In this document: one piece after another, positions 24,770-37,879 of the stretch
How the letters are laid out: every line of letters begins with the position of its first letter
How positions within the stretch are numbered: position 1 is the first letter of the stretch
From: Tubiluchus corallicola
Lineage: Eukaryota; Animalia; Priapulida
Direction of reading: 5' to 3'
Assembly (NCBI GenBank): GCA_030141605.1
Contig: JAQGDQ010000035.1
Span: 806,001-870,000, forward strand
DNA length: 64,000 bases
Position numbers and translations under genes: made by a program
The notes under the pieces: model-generated
Seen by the model: only the letters and a program-made list of their open reading frames with translations
Database searches by the model: none
What the model was told of the DNA's origin: nothing

Positions 24770-25381
24770 TTAATGTCTTCTTCCAATATTCCACATACGA
24801 TATAAAACTAACAGAAATAAAATAATAACAGGCACTTCTTCATAATGTGGCCAGCAATCTGAACTGTCGTATGATGTTTTGTCGAGTATCCTAGTTAATG
24901 TAAAAATAGCAACGTTGTAAAGCAGGATGAGAAATACAGGCAGGATGGCTAAGTTTCTGTGACTTCTTTCTGCAAGTGCTGTTGGATGCAACCAGACTAA
25001 TACTCTCTCTGTAGCAAGCAGGAGTAAGTAGCAAGCCAATGGATATGTTGTGAAGGCTAAAAAGTACACAGAAAATATACACCAGTTGTAAATGTTTAGT
25101 AGCACCCACATGATTGCAGCATTTAGAGTAGATGTGATGCTGAGTGAAACATAAAAGGTACTCAACGTCCACCAGTTAAGCCATATACGTCTAATAGTTT
25201 CTCCGCTTTGCTTTAAATGCCGTACTAAAATGATGGCAATTATTGTACTGTTAATTACAAATACGATGGACTTGCTAATGGCATGAACACGTAGAGCGAC
25301 TGACAGGTACGACATATCAGAGCAAAGTGACGTGCTGAGGAAATCTTGGGTGTCGTTTCCTTGTCTCGTCAATGACGTCAT
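24770..25381 (-). pseudogene. Divergent class A (rhodopsin-like) GPCR truncated after ~TM5; pseudogene or incomplete model
   Basis: N-glycosylation site NDT, TM1 Asn (VINS), TM3 Cys and ERV..LHP (DRY equivalent), ECL2 Cys (SSDCWP). Stop at codon 204; TM6/TM7-like text appears only in other frames downstream. 5' acceptor at ~25444. Confidence 0.65.
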
Positions 25382-25989
25382 CCTTCGTCCAGATGTAGCA
25401 TTGTTACCAATTCGTTGTGATCATATGTTTTCTAGATTTTACACTAAAATTTGAAAACAGAAAAATAGTTATTCAGCTTCTAAGAAATTTCAGTACACCT
25501 GGTATTTCTAGCGTGAATTTGCTATTGCCAAATTGGGCTTACCCAACTGCAAACATTAGTTAGTTGAATTTAAAAGTATCAACGTAGTAACATTCTAATC
25601 AACTGCCAAATTAGTCGTGAACACTCATGGTTTGGTGTTTAATGAATAGCTTGCTGTTGATCAAACGTGTCTTGAACTTATAATTATTACAACTATATAT
25701 TTTGAATGGGGGAAGGGTTTTTATACTTTATATATATTAACTTTAAAGTTTAGTATCCCACTTTGAGCTGTTGGGCGAAATGCCATTATAACGTGCTTTA
25801 AGGGGAAATCACATTTTTTTCAAAGCCGGCTACAAATTCAAAACGACCTTATTTCTCGTTACCCACATCTTTATTACACTTTCATCAGCTTGTGACTTTG
25901 CACTAATAATATGACAGAGAAAAATACGATAAAAGTTATAATCTGTAGGTCTACTAGTGAATGAGTTAGTGAGGGAGGGAGGGAGGCAT

Positions 25990-26058
<69 letters not shown>
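25990..26058. repeat. (GA)n microsatellite
   Basis: Near-perfect GA run. Confidence 0.95.
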
Positions 26059-26060
<2 letters not shown>

Positions 26061-26173
26061 ATTTGTTTAAGTCCTGTTGTTTGCTAATTATTAACGCTTG
26101 ATTGCTTGTGCAAGAACTTACCACATGTAATAACTACATTAATATAATAATAGTCATTAGTACACAACATTAA

Positions 26174-28925
26174 GAACGCGTCCGCGAGAAGACCATGCAA
26201 AATCGAAAAACTCCGGCACAAGGCTAGGTAACCGATTCGGACCAAAGTTCGGGTATGAGGTCCACTAGTCACTAGCATTCACTATGTGAATCCGTTTGGT
26301 CCAACTCCTCGTAGTAGCAGAGGTACGGCATAGGCCGATTTTCATGAAAAAATGCCTATTTTTCTCTATTTTTTTACTCATATTTGAAGGATTAACCATG
26401 CAACAACCACTGAGTTTGAACAGATCTGACTCTGCACAGTATTGGGTCTTTTTATCTTCTCCAAAATGACTTTTCGACTTTTGTCCCAAACCCCCCTCTT
26501 TCGGCTCTACTGGGGGTCTTTAAGCTCGCATTACGTACAAGATGCAAATACTCCGTCATTTCAAAGTCTTATATGTCACCCACTGCGGGGGCGGGAACAA
26601 AAATATCGATATGTATGTGAATAGAGCATCCCATCCCACTATGGTGCAGTGACAATTTCGATGGAGCGAATTTCCACCGTATTGTAAATGACCCTTGAAA
26701 GAGGCTTATATCAGGGTGCAAATATATGTAACAACGTTCATCAAAAAGCTTCGTGTATGTTACATGAGTTGTCAAATCTTGTCAAAATACCTCAAAACGT
26801 CATAAATATTCATCTTTGGCAACTAGGGGCCTGGACAGCACATTGCTTAAACTACCGGCAGGACTGGACTCTAGCATTCAAGATGGCAGCCACTGCTGAA
26901 CTAAATGTTCGTTTTCTGGGCTGTTTACCAGCGTTAAATGCGGTATTCTGACTAGTTATCCGCACGAAACGAGTATTGTGAATCTATTAACCTGTACTAA
27001 AGACACTAGACCACATTTAGAGCGCTTCCATCTTCAAACAAATGAAATATCTACGGAATGGAAATTGCTTCTTGCAAGGACTGGAAAATGTTTTATGTAC
27101 TGTTTATTTTCTATGCTTTGTAAATGTTATGTACAGGTTATTACCTAGTTATTACTCATTGTCTTATATAGGCGTACAAGCCAGGACACAGAGAAAATTG
27201 CCCTAAATCTGAGCGAATGCCCAAAATGTATGGGACAGACTCCCCCCAAAATATCATTTGTCCGGTGATTTTTTGACTGGAAAACATCGAAAATTTTTGT
27301 CCATTGGCGCAATCATTCAATCACACTATTAATATTTTTTGTCAGAAGTATCGATTTTGTGCCACAAATAAATTTTGGGCGAAGAAAAATTTTCTGAGCT
27401 AAATGTCACCGCCACCCCCCTAGAAGCGGCCCATACGCTTATATTGTCTCATGTTTAGACTGTAAGATTTTCGCTTTATCACTTTCCCCATGATATGTTT
27501 GTCTATATTTCTGTATCTATCTTCTAGGGATAATCTACCTGCATCGATAATTCTTTCTCTATTATTTAGATATTATGGTTTTGATTACTTGTACTACTCT
27601 TCAGTGATAGGATTATGCTGCTACAATAGGAACAGTATTTTGGACTTAAAGAAATTAATTCTGACTGAGTTTTGTAGTTTTTCATTTTTGTACTGATATT
27701 CATAATCTTCTATGTATAGCCATGAAGCTTATTCATGTAAAATGTATAAAAAATGAACGATAAAAATGAACGGATTTCTATTTTATATGTATATACCAAG
27801 CGTTGTCAGATTCTTTCGCTAGCAATGACACTCAATCTTAACAATCGGTACTTCTTTTCTATTAGAGGGCTTATTGTTTAGTCTTTCCTGGTATCCACTA
27901 GCGATTCAGTGTGTAGAGAATGCCCTGAATCAGAGTCGGACTCGGTACTAGGGGCATGCATGATGTCCTGTCCAGAAATCCATCAGAAGAGGCAATTATT
28001 CATATTTGTAGTCATATGAAAATTCTGACATAACTAAACCAATTTAAGATGAAATTCGCAAATTTCTAGCAATTTCCATGGCAAAGGAATCTATTGCTAC
28101 TAGGAAATGAGAGAACTAGTCACAGAAAATTCAGGTTAAACGTGGCTAAATGTCTACTGTCATATACGACCTGAGCCAAGTATGTCTACTTTTTACACAT
28201 GGATGGAATTACTATGGAAAGCAAAAAAGTGTGTTGATATGGCAGTTTTTTCTAACAGTGCCCCTTTATATAATGTCATGCATGATATTATCTCAGCTCG
28301 TGCGTTTTCATGAAATTTAGAATACATATTTGTCACTTATAATGCAGCATATATATAGAAAAAATATTGAAAAACTACAAAAAAGGGGAATTTTGCTGAT
28401 TTTTGTGAAATTTTAAAGTGCCAGTACTAAATAATGAAACAGGCTCCAGCGAATTTTCTTTTTTATATTATTAGTGAGGATGATGGTTAACACATACATG
28501 AAAACCAGAAGTTGTGTAGCCCCGCAGTGGGCGAGTTATGAGTCTTGCAACTTAACCTCTCCCTGGACTCTTAACAAAGAGCCGAATTTGAAAAATGCCG
28601 TTCTCTGATACTATTAATAGTATGTCAGAAAAAGTTAGGATATCAGAAGACAATGTCTGGGTCTATGTACCAGCCAACTTACATCGACCCATCTATAATA
28701 GTTTATACAGGAGAAAAAGTTAAAATAACCCCTCAAAATAGCGATTTTTTGCCTCGTTTGAGGTCAATTTCTTGATGTGGTCATTTCTCTGCCAATAGTA
28801 GCTCGATCAATTTGATATCTTGGTTACATGGTTTTGGGGGGTCGACCTTCATGTTAGAAAAAAATGATATAAATTCGTCACCCGTCATGTGCCACCCCCT
28901 GCATGGTGCTCTCGCGGACTCGTTC
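26174..28925 (+). mobile_element. 2.75 kb TTAA-flanked DNA transposon, internally deleted (Sola3- or Kolobok-like)
   Basis: TTAA at 26170-26173 and 28926-28929. ~25 bp TIR: GAACGCGTCCGCGAGAAGACCATGC vs the reverse complement of the right end GAACGAGTCCGCGAGAGCACCATGC. Internal remnant KCSFSGLFTSVKCG...LLTCTKDTRPHL...EWKLLLARTG (26901-27085) recalls Sola3 transposase N-termini. Confidence 0.75.
27167..27443. mobile_element. Nested hAT-type MITE
   Basis: Ends TATAGGCGTA...TACGCTTATA, flanked by TTGTCTTA (27159-27166) and TTGTCTCA (27444-27451), a 7/8 TSD match. Confidence 0.6.
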
Positions 28926-29554
28926 TTAATCATTAACCCATTCACAACTCCTTCCTTAGCATGTTACTACACAAAATCAAAGATTATCGACATATCTACA
29001 TTATCAAAATACTTATCAGCTATTCTTGTTACAAATACAGAAGATCAATCTTACAAAATGAAGTAGGTCTACCAAACCAAAATATAACTGTAAGACACGT
29101 GACTGTAAAAGAAAAATCTAAAATGTTCAGAAAGTAGAAAACACTAATATCAACAATCTATTTAAGTGTTCTTTTTTCAACAGTCAATTTTCTATATAAG
29201 AATACTACTCAAGACTTTGACCTAACACAAGCAGCACTTTCAAAGCCCCATTTTAGATTCTATAAGAAGCATCTGCAATGACGTTGTCTTCGCCTTTAAT
29301 GCGCTTAATATTCAGGTCACATACTAGCAAGAACAAACGACCGCCCAACAACCCTCTATTTTTGTTTTCAAGATTGGTCTGAAATGTTACAGGATTGATT
29401 TGTGTACACAGTCAACGGACCTACACTGCTAATAAAAACTTCAAGATGTTCCAAAGCTGAAATCAGTTCGAAAACTACTTTCTCGATAGCTGAATAGTTT
29501 TGTTTCTGTTTTGAGTTTTTTCGAAAACTAACACACTAGGAAACTAAAATTACT

Positions 29555-30050
29555 CAGGCTCCTACATCGCTGGCATGTACAACCAGTTTAAAGGATTGAT
29601 CAAAGTCTGGAGCTTTTAATGCGGAGTGTTTTATAAAAGCCTGTTTAAATTTTGAAATGCTTAGTCTTCGGTTTCACTCATTTATACGAAACATTTTCTT
29701 TAACAAGCTAGTGAGCAGCCACTTTTGTAAAATTTTTACAAACTTTTCTGTAATAGCCAGTCATCCCAGAGAATGCATCAGAGTTCTTTTATTCTGTGGC
29801 AGAGGAAAATTTACAATAATTTCTACTTTGGCTTCTACAATAGCTGCTATTTTGTACTGAATTTAAGACTCTGTGATCGTAGCCTTGGCAGAATTATCTT
29901 TCTATGGGTGCTGCTTAATAGGTGTGTCATCACCAACATCTACATCATGACATATACTGTTGAGTTTGTCATTCAACTGTTTTAGGCTTTAATGTGAGAG
30001 TTTGGTAACTCCTTAAGGGTAGATCGCTCTTTGTCTTTTCTATCTAACCG
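29555..30050 (-). mobile_element. Gypsy LTR-retrotransposon pol fragment
   Basis: Minus strand: HDVDVGDDTPIKQHP, EAKVEIIVNFPLPQNKRTL..LGMTGYYRK.CKNF, LKAPDFDQSFKLVVHASDVGA (RT to RNase H junction). Confidence 0.85.
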
Positions 30051-30599
30051 ATACCTGTTCACTTCAATCATAAAGCTTCGTTGGCACTTACAGAACGTTA
30101 ACAGCTTGATGGTTTCAAAGTTTGTTCATTTATTTTAATAATTATATTAAGGTAGTAAAGCATTATGGTCGGGTCTCATGCCACTTTTTTAAAGCTGGTT
30201 TAATGTCTCACAGTCGTTTGGTTTGCTAGCCTATTTCCAGAATGCGGCGTTCGAACCAAGGCCTCTCTTCCACTGATAGCTCTGTTTCAAACCGTCCAGG
30301 GGTTATCGCAACTACCCTGGCAACGAGAACTCGACGACAGAACAATATAATTTTAAATGATATCAGTACGGTTGGGCAGATTAGGAAGTAATTGTTTGTA
30401 CTTCATTCATTAGAAGTATTTTTAAACATTTAATTTAAAGTTCTCCAAGTGCTTTAGTTTTTCATCTATCTTGGCCAATATTTCAGAGTTACTTAACTTC
30501 AATGATACAATGTAAACATTTTAACACAACAAAGCTATGCTTTTTTACGTTGGTTAGGAATTTTGATTACATAACGGAAGTCCCAAACTTTCTTAGCCA

Positions 30600-31460
30600 G
30601 CAGTAAGTTGCCCTGAATAGCTTTTTGCCTACACGTTTTTTGTTATGCCAGGTCACAAATATTGGTAATACGTTTTCAGAGTCATTTACATACACCCACA
30701 AAAATATAATTAAAGCATTTAGAAAAACAAAGATATTGTTGTGGAGCAGCCAAGAGGTCCAGCGTTCAAATCTAGATCAGTCAAATCATGCTGCAGACAA
30801 ATGTTGTGGTTGAGAATGCAGACCCAGAAATGTGAAAATTCAAACAGAAAATTAAGGCGAAATCTAACCAGAATCTTTTCCTGCGTACCTCATGCTATCG
30901 TAATTACGGAACAGATGCTAATACGCACCTGCCCGTTAGTTCACTTAAATGCAATGGCTTTGTACAGACGAGTACCATTACAATGATGAGGGATGTTTCG
31001 AAAAAATGGCATTTCACCCCAGTAACAATATTTAATGTTTGACATATTGATGTATAATAACTCATACAATATTAATGACCATATTTGTGCCTCTGACAAC
31101 AAAGCTGATTTTAATAATTTCAGCATTGTTACCAAAGCTACAAATAACTGTTACTTAATAACAAAAGATAGTTTATCTATGTACCCTAATAAGTCTTCTC
31201 TTAATGCACAAAGCAGTTCAATTCCTTCGACTTTACTTTAAAATAATAAGCTATTTGTTACTGTATCAATTTCTTTTCTTCGGGTTTGTTTAATCACTAC
31301 CTATTTGACTTTTGTTAAGTAATTAATTAGTGCAAAATAGGCTTTGTAAACTGGTTGTATGTTTGTAAATTTAGCACTGATGATGACAGTAGCAGCCTGT
31401 CGAAACGTTTGGCATGATTTTAACTTTTTAATGTAAAAATCTTAATAAAGTAGTGTTGTT
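30600..31460 (+). mobile_element. Penelope-like element 3' remnant (GIY-YIG endonuclease C-terminus and 3' UTR)
   Basis: INDHICASDNKADFNNFSIVTK...LITKDSL...K..LNAQSSSIP.TLL (31035-31241) matches the PLE GIY-YIG C-terminus. It is followed by a hammerhead motif and AATAAA at ~31444. Confidence 0.75.
31370..31415 (+). ncRNA. Minimal type I hammerhead ribozyme motif
   Basis: CTGATGA (31377-31383), stem II GACAG/CTGTC, GAAAC (31402-31406) with palindromic AACGTT. Stem I pairing is weak. Confidence 0.65.
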
Positions 31461-34400
31461 TTTAACTAAATAAATATTTTTAAGTGCTTGTGACAAAAAA
31501 ATCAAATATATGCTTTAAGTTATGACAAAATGTTTAACCGTGTTAAAATTGTTACAATGAAAATGTTTTATGTAGTTTTGTCATGCTATTTAATCGAAAA
31601 GACAGTTTCCTTCAATATAAATTAGTCTGACTTAGTATGTAACTTTCTACATTGTACTTAACAGTCAATACAACGTTAACGTTCAAAAATTTTGCAAAAA
31701 ATTACAAATTCTTTAGTTAGGCTTAATGTTATATACCAATTTTTAAGGGCCAACGTGTAATGTTCTGTAACTTGTCGTAAGAATTTAGCGGCAACGTGCG
31801 TCAGAGTGTAAGGGAGTTGAATGACAGAATGAGGCAAGGAAGTGGTCATGTTAGTTCCCATTAAAATTATGATTCGGTAATTGTGATTTCGTAGTCATAA
31901 AAAACACGTCAAGACATTTAAAATTAATCTAGGCTCTGACATGGAAAGTGGCATTTGCATTGGCACAATAATACAGAACTGTATAAAAATACAAAAGCCT
32001 GTTCGGGGATCTGAAATGGATTACTTTCCATTATTAGTAACTGTGCAAAAGAAAAGTGTATTAAGAAAGGCGTTAGTTGAACATTTGAGAAACGAACTGC
32101 AAAAAGCAGTTTCACAAGGTTTTTCTGTATTTACAATTGTTTCTAATGTGTGTTTATTAGTTTTACTGTTAAGATTACTGTTTTGTAAGAATTTTAAAGA
32201 TGTTAGAGGTAACAATTTATAAGGCTTTATCCACCACGTAAACACTGCTAATAAAATTATCTGCTGGCGCTTGCTAACGCAGCTAAAGCGTTTATTTGCC
32301 AAACGATACAGCATATAGAGTCTGTTGGTAATTGCACGTATTGACATTTTCTGCAGAAAATGGAAAATTTGATGCATTTTGTTTGAAGCACAAGCGCACG
32401 CGCGTACACCGGCATATATGCTCTTCTATACAACCTTCACCGCATGTAAATTGAAATATCTTCTCTTCTTTTCATTGTTAAACCAAAGTGAAAATGTCTG
32501 AAGCACGTTAATTTTTAAGAATTTGCTTAATTTGTTAGTATATATTCCACGACATAACATGTTTTCGAAATATATATATAGGAAAGCCAACTAGACCAAT
32601 TTTAGGCAGCAAAGCTCAAGTCAAATAATAAGACTAGCAAATTATGAGTAAAAATTTGTATACTTGAATTTACTTACGTATAATGTGAAGTATATACATC
32701 CATGGCTGCCCATACGGAATAACCAAACTAGTCAGACTAGTGAAAATATAATCGTAACCTACAGAGCTTGCGGGATCAAGTTACGTTTTGTATGGCTTCA
32801 CGTGTTTTGGTGATGAATGCAGCATGGCTTCGCTGAGTAGTGGAACCATGCGCTAAAGTTAACATTTACTCTGGATCGTGAGTACAGCAAAACAGATCAA
32901 AATGTTACTCGCGTTAATTCCATTAAATTACGTAATATTAATACCGTTAATTACGTCACATAAATTTGAAACTTGCTAAACTATTACGCGTTATAATTAT
33001 AATAGCCAATCAAAATGAAAATAAAATTAATAATGATCTCCAATTCTCAATTATTTCTTATACAAAAATAATTTTGTAGATAATCGCTGGAATTTCTGTT
33101 AGACAGGTGGTTAGTCTAGGTATAATTTATTTATTCCGTTCACATTTCTCTAATATTGCCATATGTTACCTAATGAACTGGTTACTTGCAGGCTCTATTA
33201 CTTGTGTGCTATAGATTTCAGGACATTTTGCTTGACTAAGTCCATCGCTCGATAAATTATTGTAGGCTGCATCAGTGCTTCAATTATTCTAGGCTGCTTT
33301 TTCTGCAGACAAGAAGCTAAGTCAGAAGCTGAGGTACACCCTGATGTACCTTTGATTATTGCTTGACCCAAAATGATGTGCGATAATTTTCTCTGATATT
33401 TTTGCGCATTTTTGACAAGAACATCTATGTTACTAGAGCGCAAAATAATGTTACTATTCTGAGCATTGATTTTACAGGGAGTGTAATTAGGCAGTTGGAG
33501 GCAGAGCCCTATATTTTCTCCCACTTACGATTATGTGAAATATCTACTGTTTCACCCCCAATGATTGTTGCCATGCCTTAATATCGAGCCATAAAGAGGT
33601 TGCTTCCATTCTTCCGTTCAAGAAAATTCATCGCCAAAGAATCTGCTTTAGCACTCGAGAACACTTCTTGGTTGTGTTTGATTAGGCCTAATAACAAATT
33701 GCTGTTCCCGATTTGAACTACTCATACTCATAGAACTACGTCTTTTATGCAAGTTTTTTATACTTGTAGAACAACAAGCCTATTTCTTCAGAAAGATATC
33801 TGCATAACATTTTACAGGTATCTACATAACTTCATAAGTAGGTTGATTCTATTGCGTGAGCCGACCGCCATCGCTTACAATGAGTCTGTAACTTAGAAGG
33901 TGCCCTTTCTAAGCTGATTGAGTAGTTCCTCGCCTGACTCAACTCCATGCATTTCTTTCAACTCAGAAACTGCTATATGCCAGTCAGACTGAGGTTGGTG
34001 CACCATCTTCAAAATGCACTTTTACGGTTTCTAAAGTCAGTTAGACTATATCTTTTAGGGATCGGGGGAGGGGGGCTGGCGTCTTTGTTGACGGTTTTTC
34101 GCGAGACATAAATCAACAGAGCATATTGTGTAAGACTTAAATGTGCCGCGAATGGAGAATCCACTGGTTTCTAAAATATTCCGAGCTGCCGAGGAGTTAT
34201 TGAGGAAAGACATCGCCCACTTTGTACATATTGGTTTACTTAGCGCCCAGCACACTTCAACAACCGTTGGCAACACAAATACAAAACCAGTAGCATCGTT
34301 TGTGCCAACAGTACGTTGCAGTTCGCAATATAGCCACTTAATCAAATATATAAAAATTGCCCAGGATAGTGACAGAAACGTTTCCAATAAAAGCGAATAC

Positions 34401-35149
34401 CACTAAAACAGTTTACAAAATTCAGCGCAAATGCACAAGTCGATTAACTTGACTGTTTGCAGCACAGATAGAGAATTGACAAGTGACTCTCAGGCAACTG
34501 TGTGAAAGCTGGCTAGAAAATGAAAAGTTAGTGCTCTGCCACAGATGGCGCCATACACCTGAATTTTATAAGTAAATTAACAAAAAGAAAACTGCGGCTA
34601 AGTCTGGCACACCCGGCTTCTAATGAACGCTTATCAAGTGATCATTATAATAATCTGTTAATTGAACATATTCCGTTAACAGAAGTGTAACTGGGATGAA
34701 TGGGCAAACTAACGAAACTTACAACAATTAATACAATTACAGTTTTGTAGTTCGCAGATCATTATTACATAAACTCTGAACAGTAACAAATTTGAACAAT
34801 CATAAATTCAACTACTCCAATTAAGCAGTTTCATTAAAACAAGTCAAACATGTTACAGTCTAGTACTATACAAACTAAAGTATTACACAAAACCATTTAG
34901 TCAAATAATAAATTTACTAGCAAAGACTCCGCAAAAAATTTTGAGTATAAATACACTTATAATCAATAATACGCGAACATCCTACCTAGTCCTTATTTAT
35001 AACGCAAAGCCAGTAGCAGCTTTTACTGAATTAAAGTTATAAGGTTATAAGCAGAGTATAATGGATGACGCCAGAACAATGGCTTTGCGTCAGCAGTTTT
35101 CCAAGGGAAAATGGCCAAAAATGGAACATATAATTAACTTCGCGGCTAT

Positions 35150-36480
35150 TTTTGGAGGTTTTTCGCCCCCCCTCCCCTTCCTCTCGTTAGGCCCGATTCG
35201 AAAAATAAACCCCAAATGGCATGACATTAGATGGAGACATTTCGTTTGACATATAGATCGCCAAGCGACGGAACCATTTTCGGCGATCTATACATCAAAC
35301 GAAAGGTCAGACAGATTTGCCATTGGAGTTTTATTTTTCGAATCGGGCCCACTTGGAAGAGCGGGATTTTTGACTGTTTTTTGCAAAAAAATTGCAAAAC
35401 TTATACCTTTTATTTCTAGAGAACGGGTATGCGTCGGGGTGGCGTCAGTAATGGTTGAATAGCCCATTCGACAGTTCAGCTGTTCCAGGCATAGTCTTCA
35501 CCCATCGTTCTACAGTGGTATAGAATATAGACTGTACATATTAAGTTCTGTTAGCCTATTATCATCTGAGAAGCAGCAAACAAAGCTATGTAGATTGTCC
35601 GCGCATTACTGATCATTGGTAGGCATTTATTATAGCTCACAGTTTCGACCTTGTACATAATGTTTTGAATGGTTTCGTTGTGATGCTGTGCTGTAGGTGT
35701 CGTTATCATTGTCATCATCATCATCATAGTCATCAACATAATTATCACCATGTGATGTGGTGGGTGTGCAGTGGATAGTGTGGTGTTGGTGGATTGGTGT
35801 GGCGTGGTTTGGTCTGGGTGGTTGGTGTGGTATTGATGGTGCGGTGTGGGTGATGTGGTATGGATAATGTGGGTTGGCGTGGTGTGGTGTGGGTTGTTGT
35901 CCCGAGTTTATGCGCAAAATTTTTTTGCGGGGTTAGCTACTCGTATATATTAATTTCGGTGGTATATATATACGAAACAACCAGACGAGCAGCAATTGAA
36001 GCCAAACGTCAACGAAGGAAAGAGAAGGCCCGTCAACCTCAGGTAACTCCCACCATCCAATGTGACAAATGCACCAGAATGTTTCGAGCAAGGATCGGGC
36101 TGTTAAGCCACCAACGTGCCCACCACAGCTAGTAACTTCGACCGAAAGGACAATACTCGGAAACGAGTGAAAGCCGACGACGACGACGACGACGATATAT
36201 GGATATATAACTGACGAGGCTACAGCTCCAATAATGGCACAATTTTCGACGATCTGTACATCAAACGAAAGGTCCGGGACCCACAGATTTGCCATTGGGG
36301 TTTTATTTTTCGATTTGGGCGCACCGGGAGGAACGGCTGGCGAAAAACCTCCAAGAAACGCCCTTTTTTGAATGTTTTTTTTTGCAAAAAATTGCAAAAT
36401 TTATACCTCATTTCTAGAGAACGGGAACGCGTCAGGGGTGGTGCCGGTAATCGTTGCATAGGTCTTTCGACGGTGGGTAT
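35150..36480. mobile_element. Non-autonomous transposon-like region with three copies of a ~110-200 bp unit (one inverted, two direct)
   Basis: CGATCT.TA..TCAAACGAAA...GCCATT.G.GTTT.TTTTTCGA occurs inverted at 35155-35262 and direct at 35282-35470 and 36250-36475. A (TGG/TG)-rich tract lies at 35750-35900. Confidence 0.7.
35972..36194 (+). mobile_element. Heavily 5'-truncated RTE-BovB-like LINE 3' end
   Basis: Encodes KRQRRKEK...CDKCTRMFRARIGLLSHQRAH* (RTE C-terminal C2H2). 3' hairpin ACTCGGAAACGAGT and a (GAC)n tail. Inserted in a TA-rich site. Confidence 0.88.
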
Positions 36481-37879
36481 TATAGTCATATTTAGATTTC
36501 GCGAGAAGGCTACGGCGTCCCGCGACTGGCGTTTTCCCCGGACCCAACCACGCAACTTTTGCAGAAAACTGCTCAAACAGCCTCTAGAAAAACTCAGTTT
36601 GTGTAACTGTTTGGGCATGTTGGGAAAAAAACAAACACTCTATTAATTCCTGTTAATTCTTGATTGGTGGCTACGTCCGCCAAGTAACGAATCACACCTG
36701 TCAGGTTTCTTTAATAAACAAAAAGATAGCACTACTCTGCTGGGCCCAAAGATAATGATTACATAGACCAGCGAATTAAATAGGTATTTCACTTGGCAAT
36801 ACGCAAAAAATTGATTGGTACTTTACTAATTTCATTAATATAGTTGTAGAAATCTACTTTGTATGATAAACGAGAGCAAGATAGCATAGGACTGTCACAT
36901 GTGGTGTCCACAAATCTGCCTGTATCATCCATAAAGCTCTTCATAACTACTGCCACCCAGGCAGTAAGCCCTAATGTCTACCCAGGCAGTAAGTCCTAAT
37001 GTCTACTCTGGCATCTGATATGTAGTTAAAAGCTGGTTATCCAGTCGAGCGAACGAAAGCAATTTTTGAGGCTCCCGGTTATTCTGGCTCAGGGCGATGC
37101 TAACTACGCGAATTAACCCACAACAGAATATTGGTTGCCTCCTGTGCTTTCCAATAATTTCCATACGTTGTTTGTATAAATTCTCGCATTTTCTGTCCTA
37201 GCTTGCGCGAGTTCTGTTACTGCGCAATGAAGCCATGGTACGGGAAAAGCTGCTGTAGCAAGCCACCATTTCCTGTTACTACGGCTATTCTTCAAAGTGG
37301 CAAAGGAATAATTGATTGGGTTGGATGCAGTTCTACACTCTAGCTTACAACAGTCTTGCAGTCTACGGCAAAAGCTCGCGCACTGATTTCTAATAATGAC
37401 ATGAATCAGCAATGTGTTAATGCTCCTTGCTGAACCTTGTATATATTAAAATGAAAGCTAGCTCACGAAGCTCAAATTAGAACAAAGTACGGGAACAAAT
37501 AACATCATCTTATGTGTCACAAAAATAACATCATGATTTTACATGAATGAGTACTGGAAGTTAAGAGCGGTTATTACAAGATTATAATGGATTTTGGTGT
37601 AGGACACAATGACGGGTAAGTTTTTTGCATGAAATTACATTTCTTTGTTACGTAACATTTAGTATAGTCTAAAATATTGTTGACTATACTAACATTGCTA
37701 CAACATTGCTTCAGTTTGTAGTTCCATGTGAATCGTGTAGTACGAATGCAGCGCCAAATACTGTTAGTGTCATTCATTGTAAAGTCATCGTTAATGGTAT
37801 TGGGCTTAAATTGTTTCGTTCACCTTATTGTAGATCTGGGGAACAAATTTTTGGGCGCGATAGCGGCTTCCTTGAAAAT

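Noticed and set aside
27171-27215. Apparent second exon of the Sola3-like transposase
   Set aside because: It lies inside the nested hAT MITE, so the resemblance is likely chance.
36954-37015. 25 bp direct repeats as a CRISPR-like array
   Set aside because: About 2.3 contiguous copies with no spacers; an ordinary tandem duplication. No repeat-spacer array was seen anywhere in the window.
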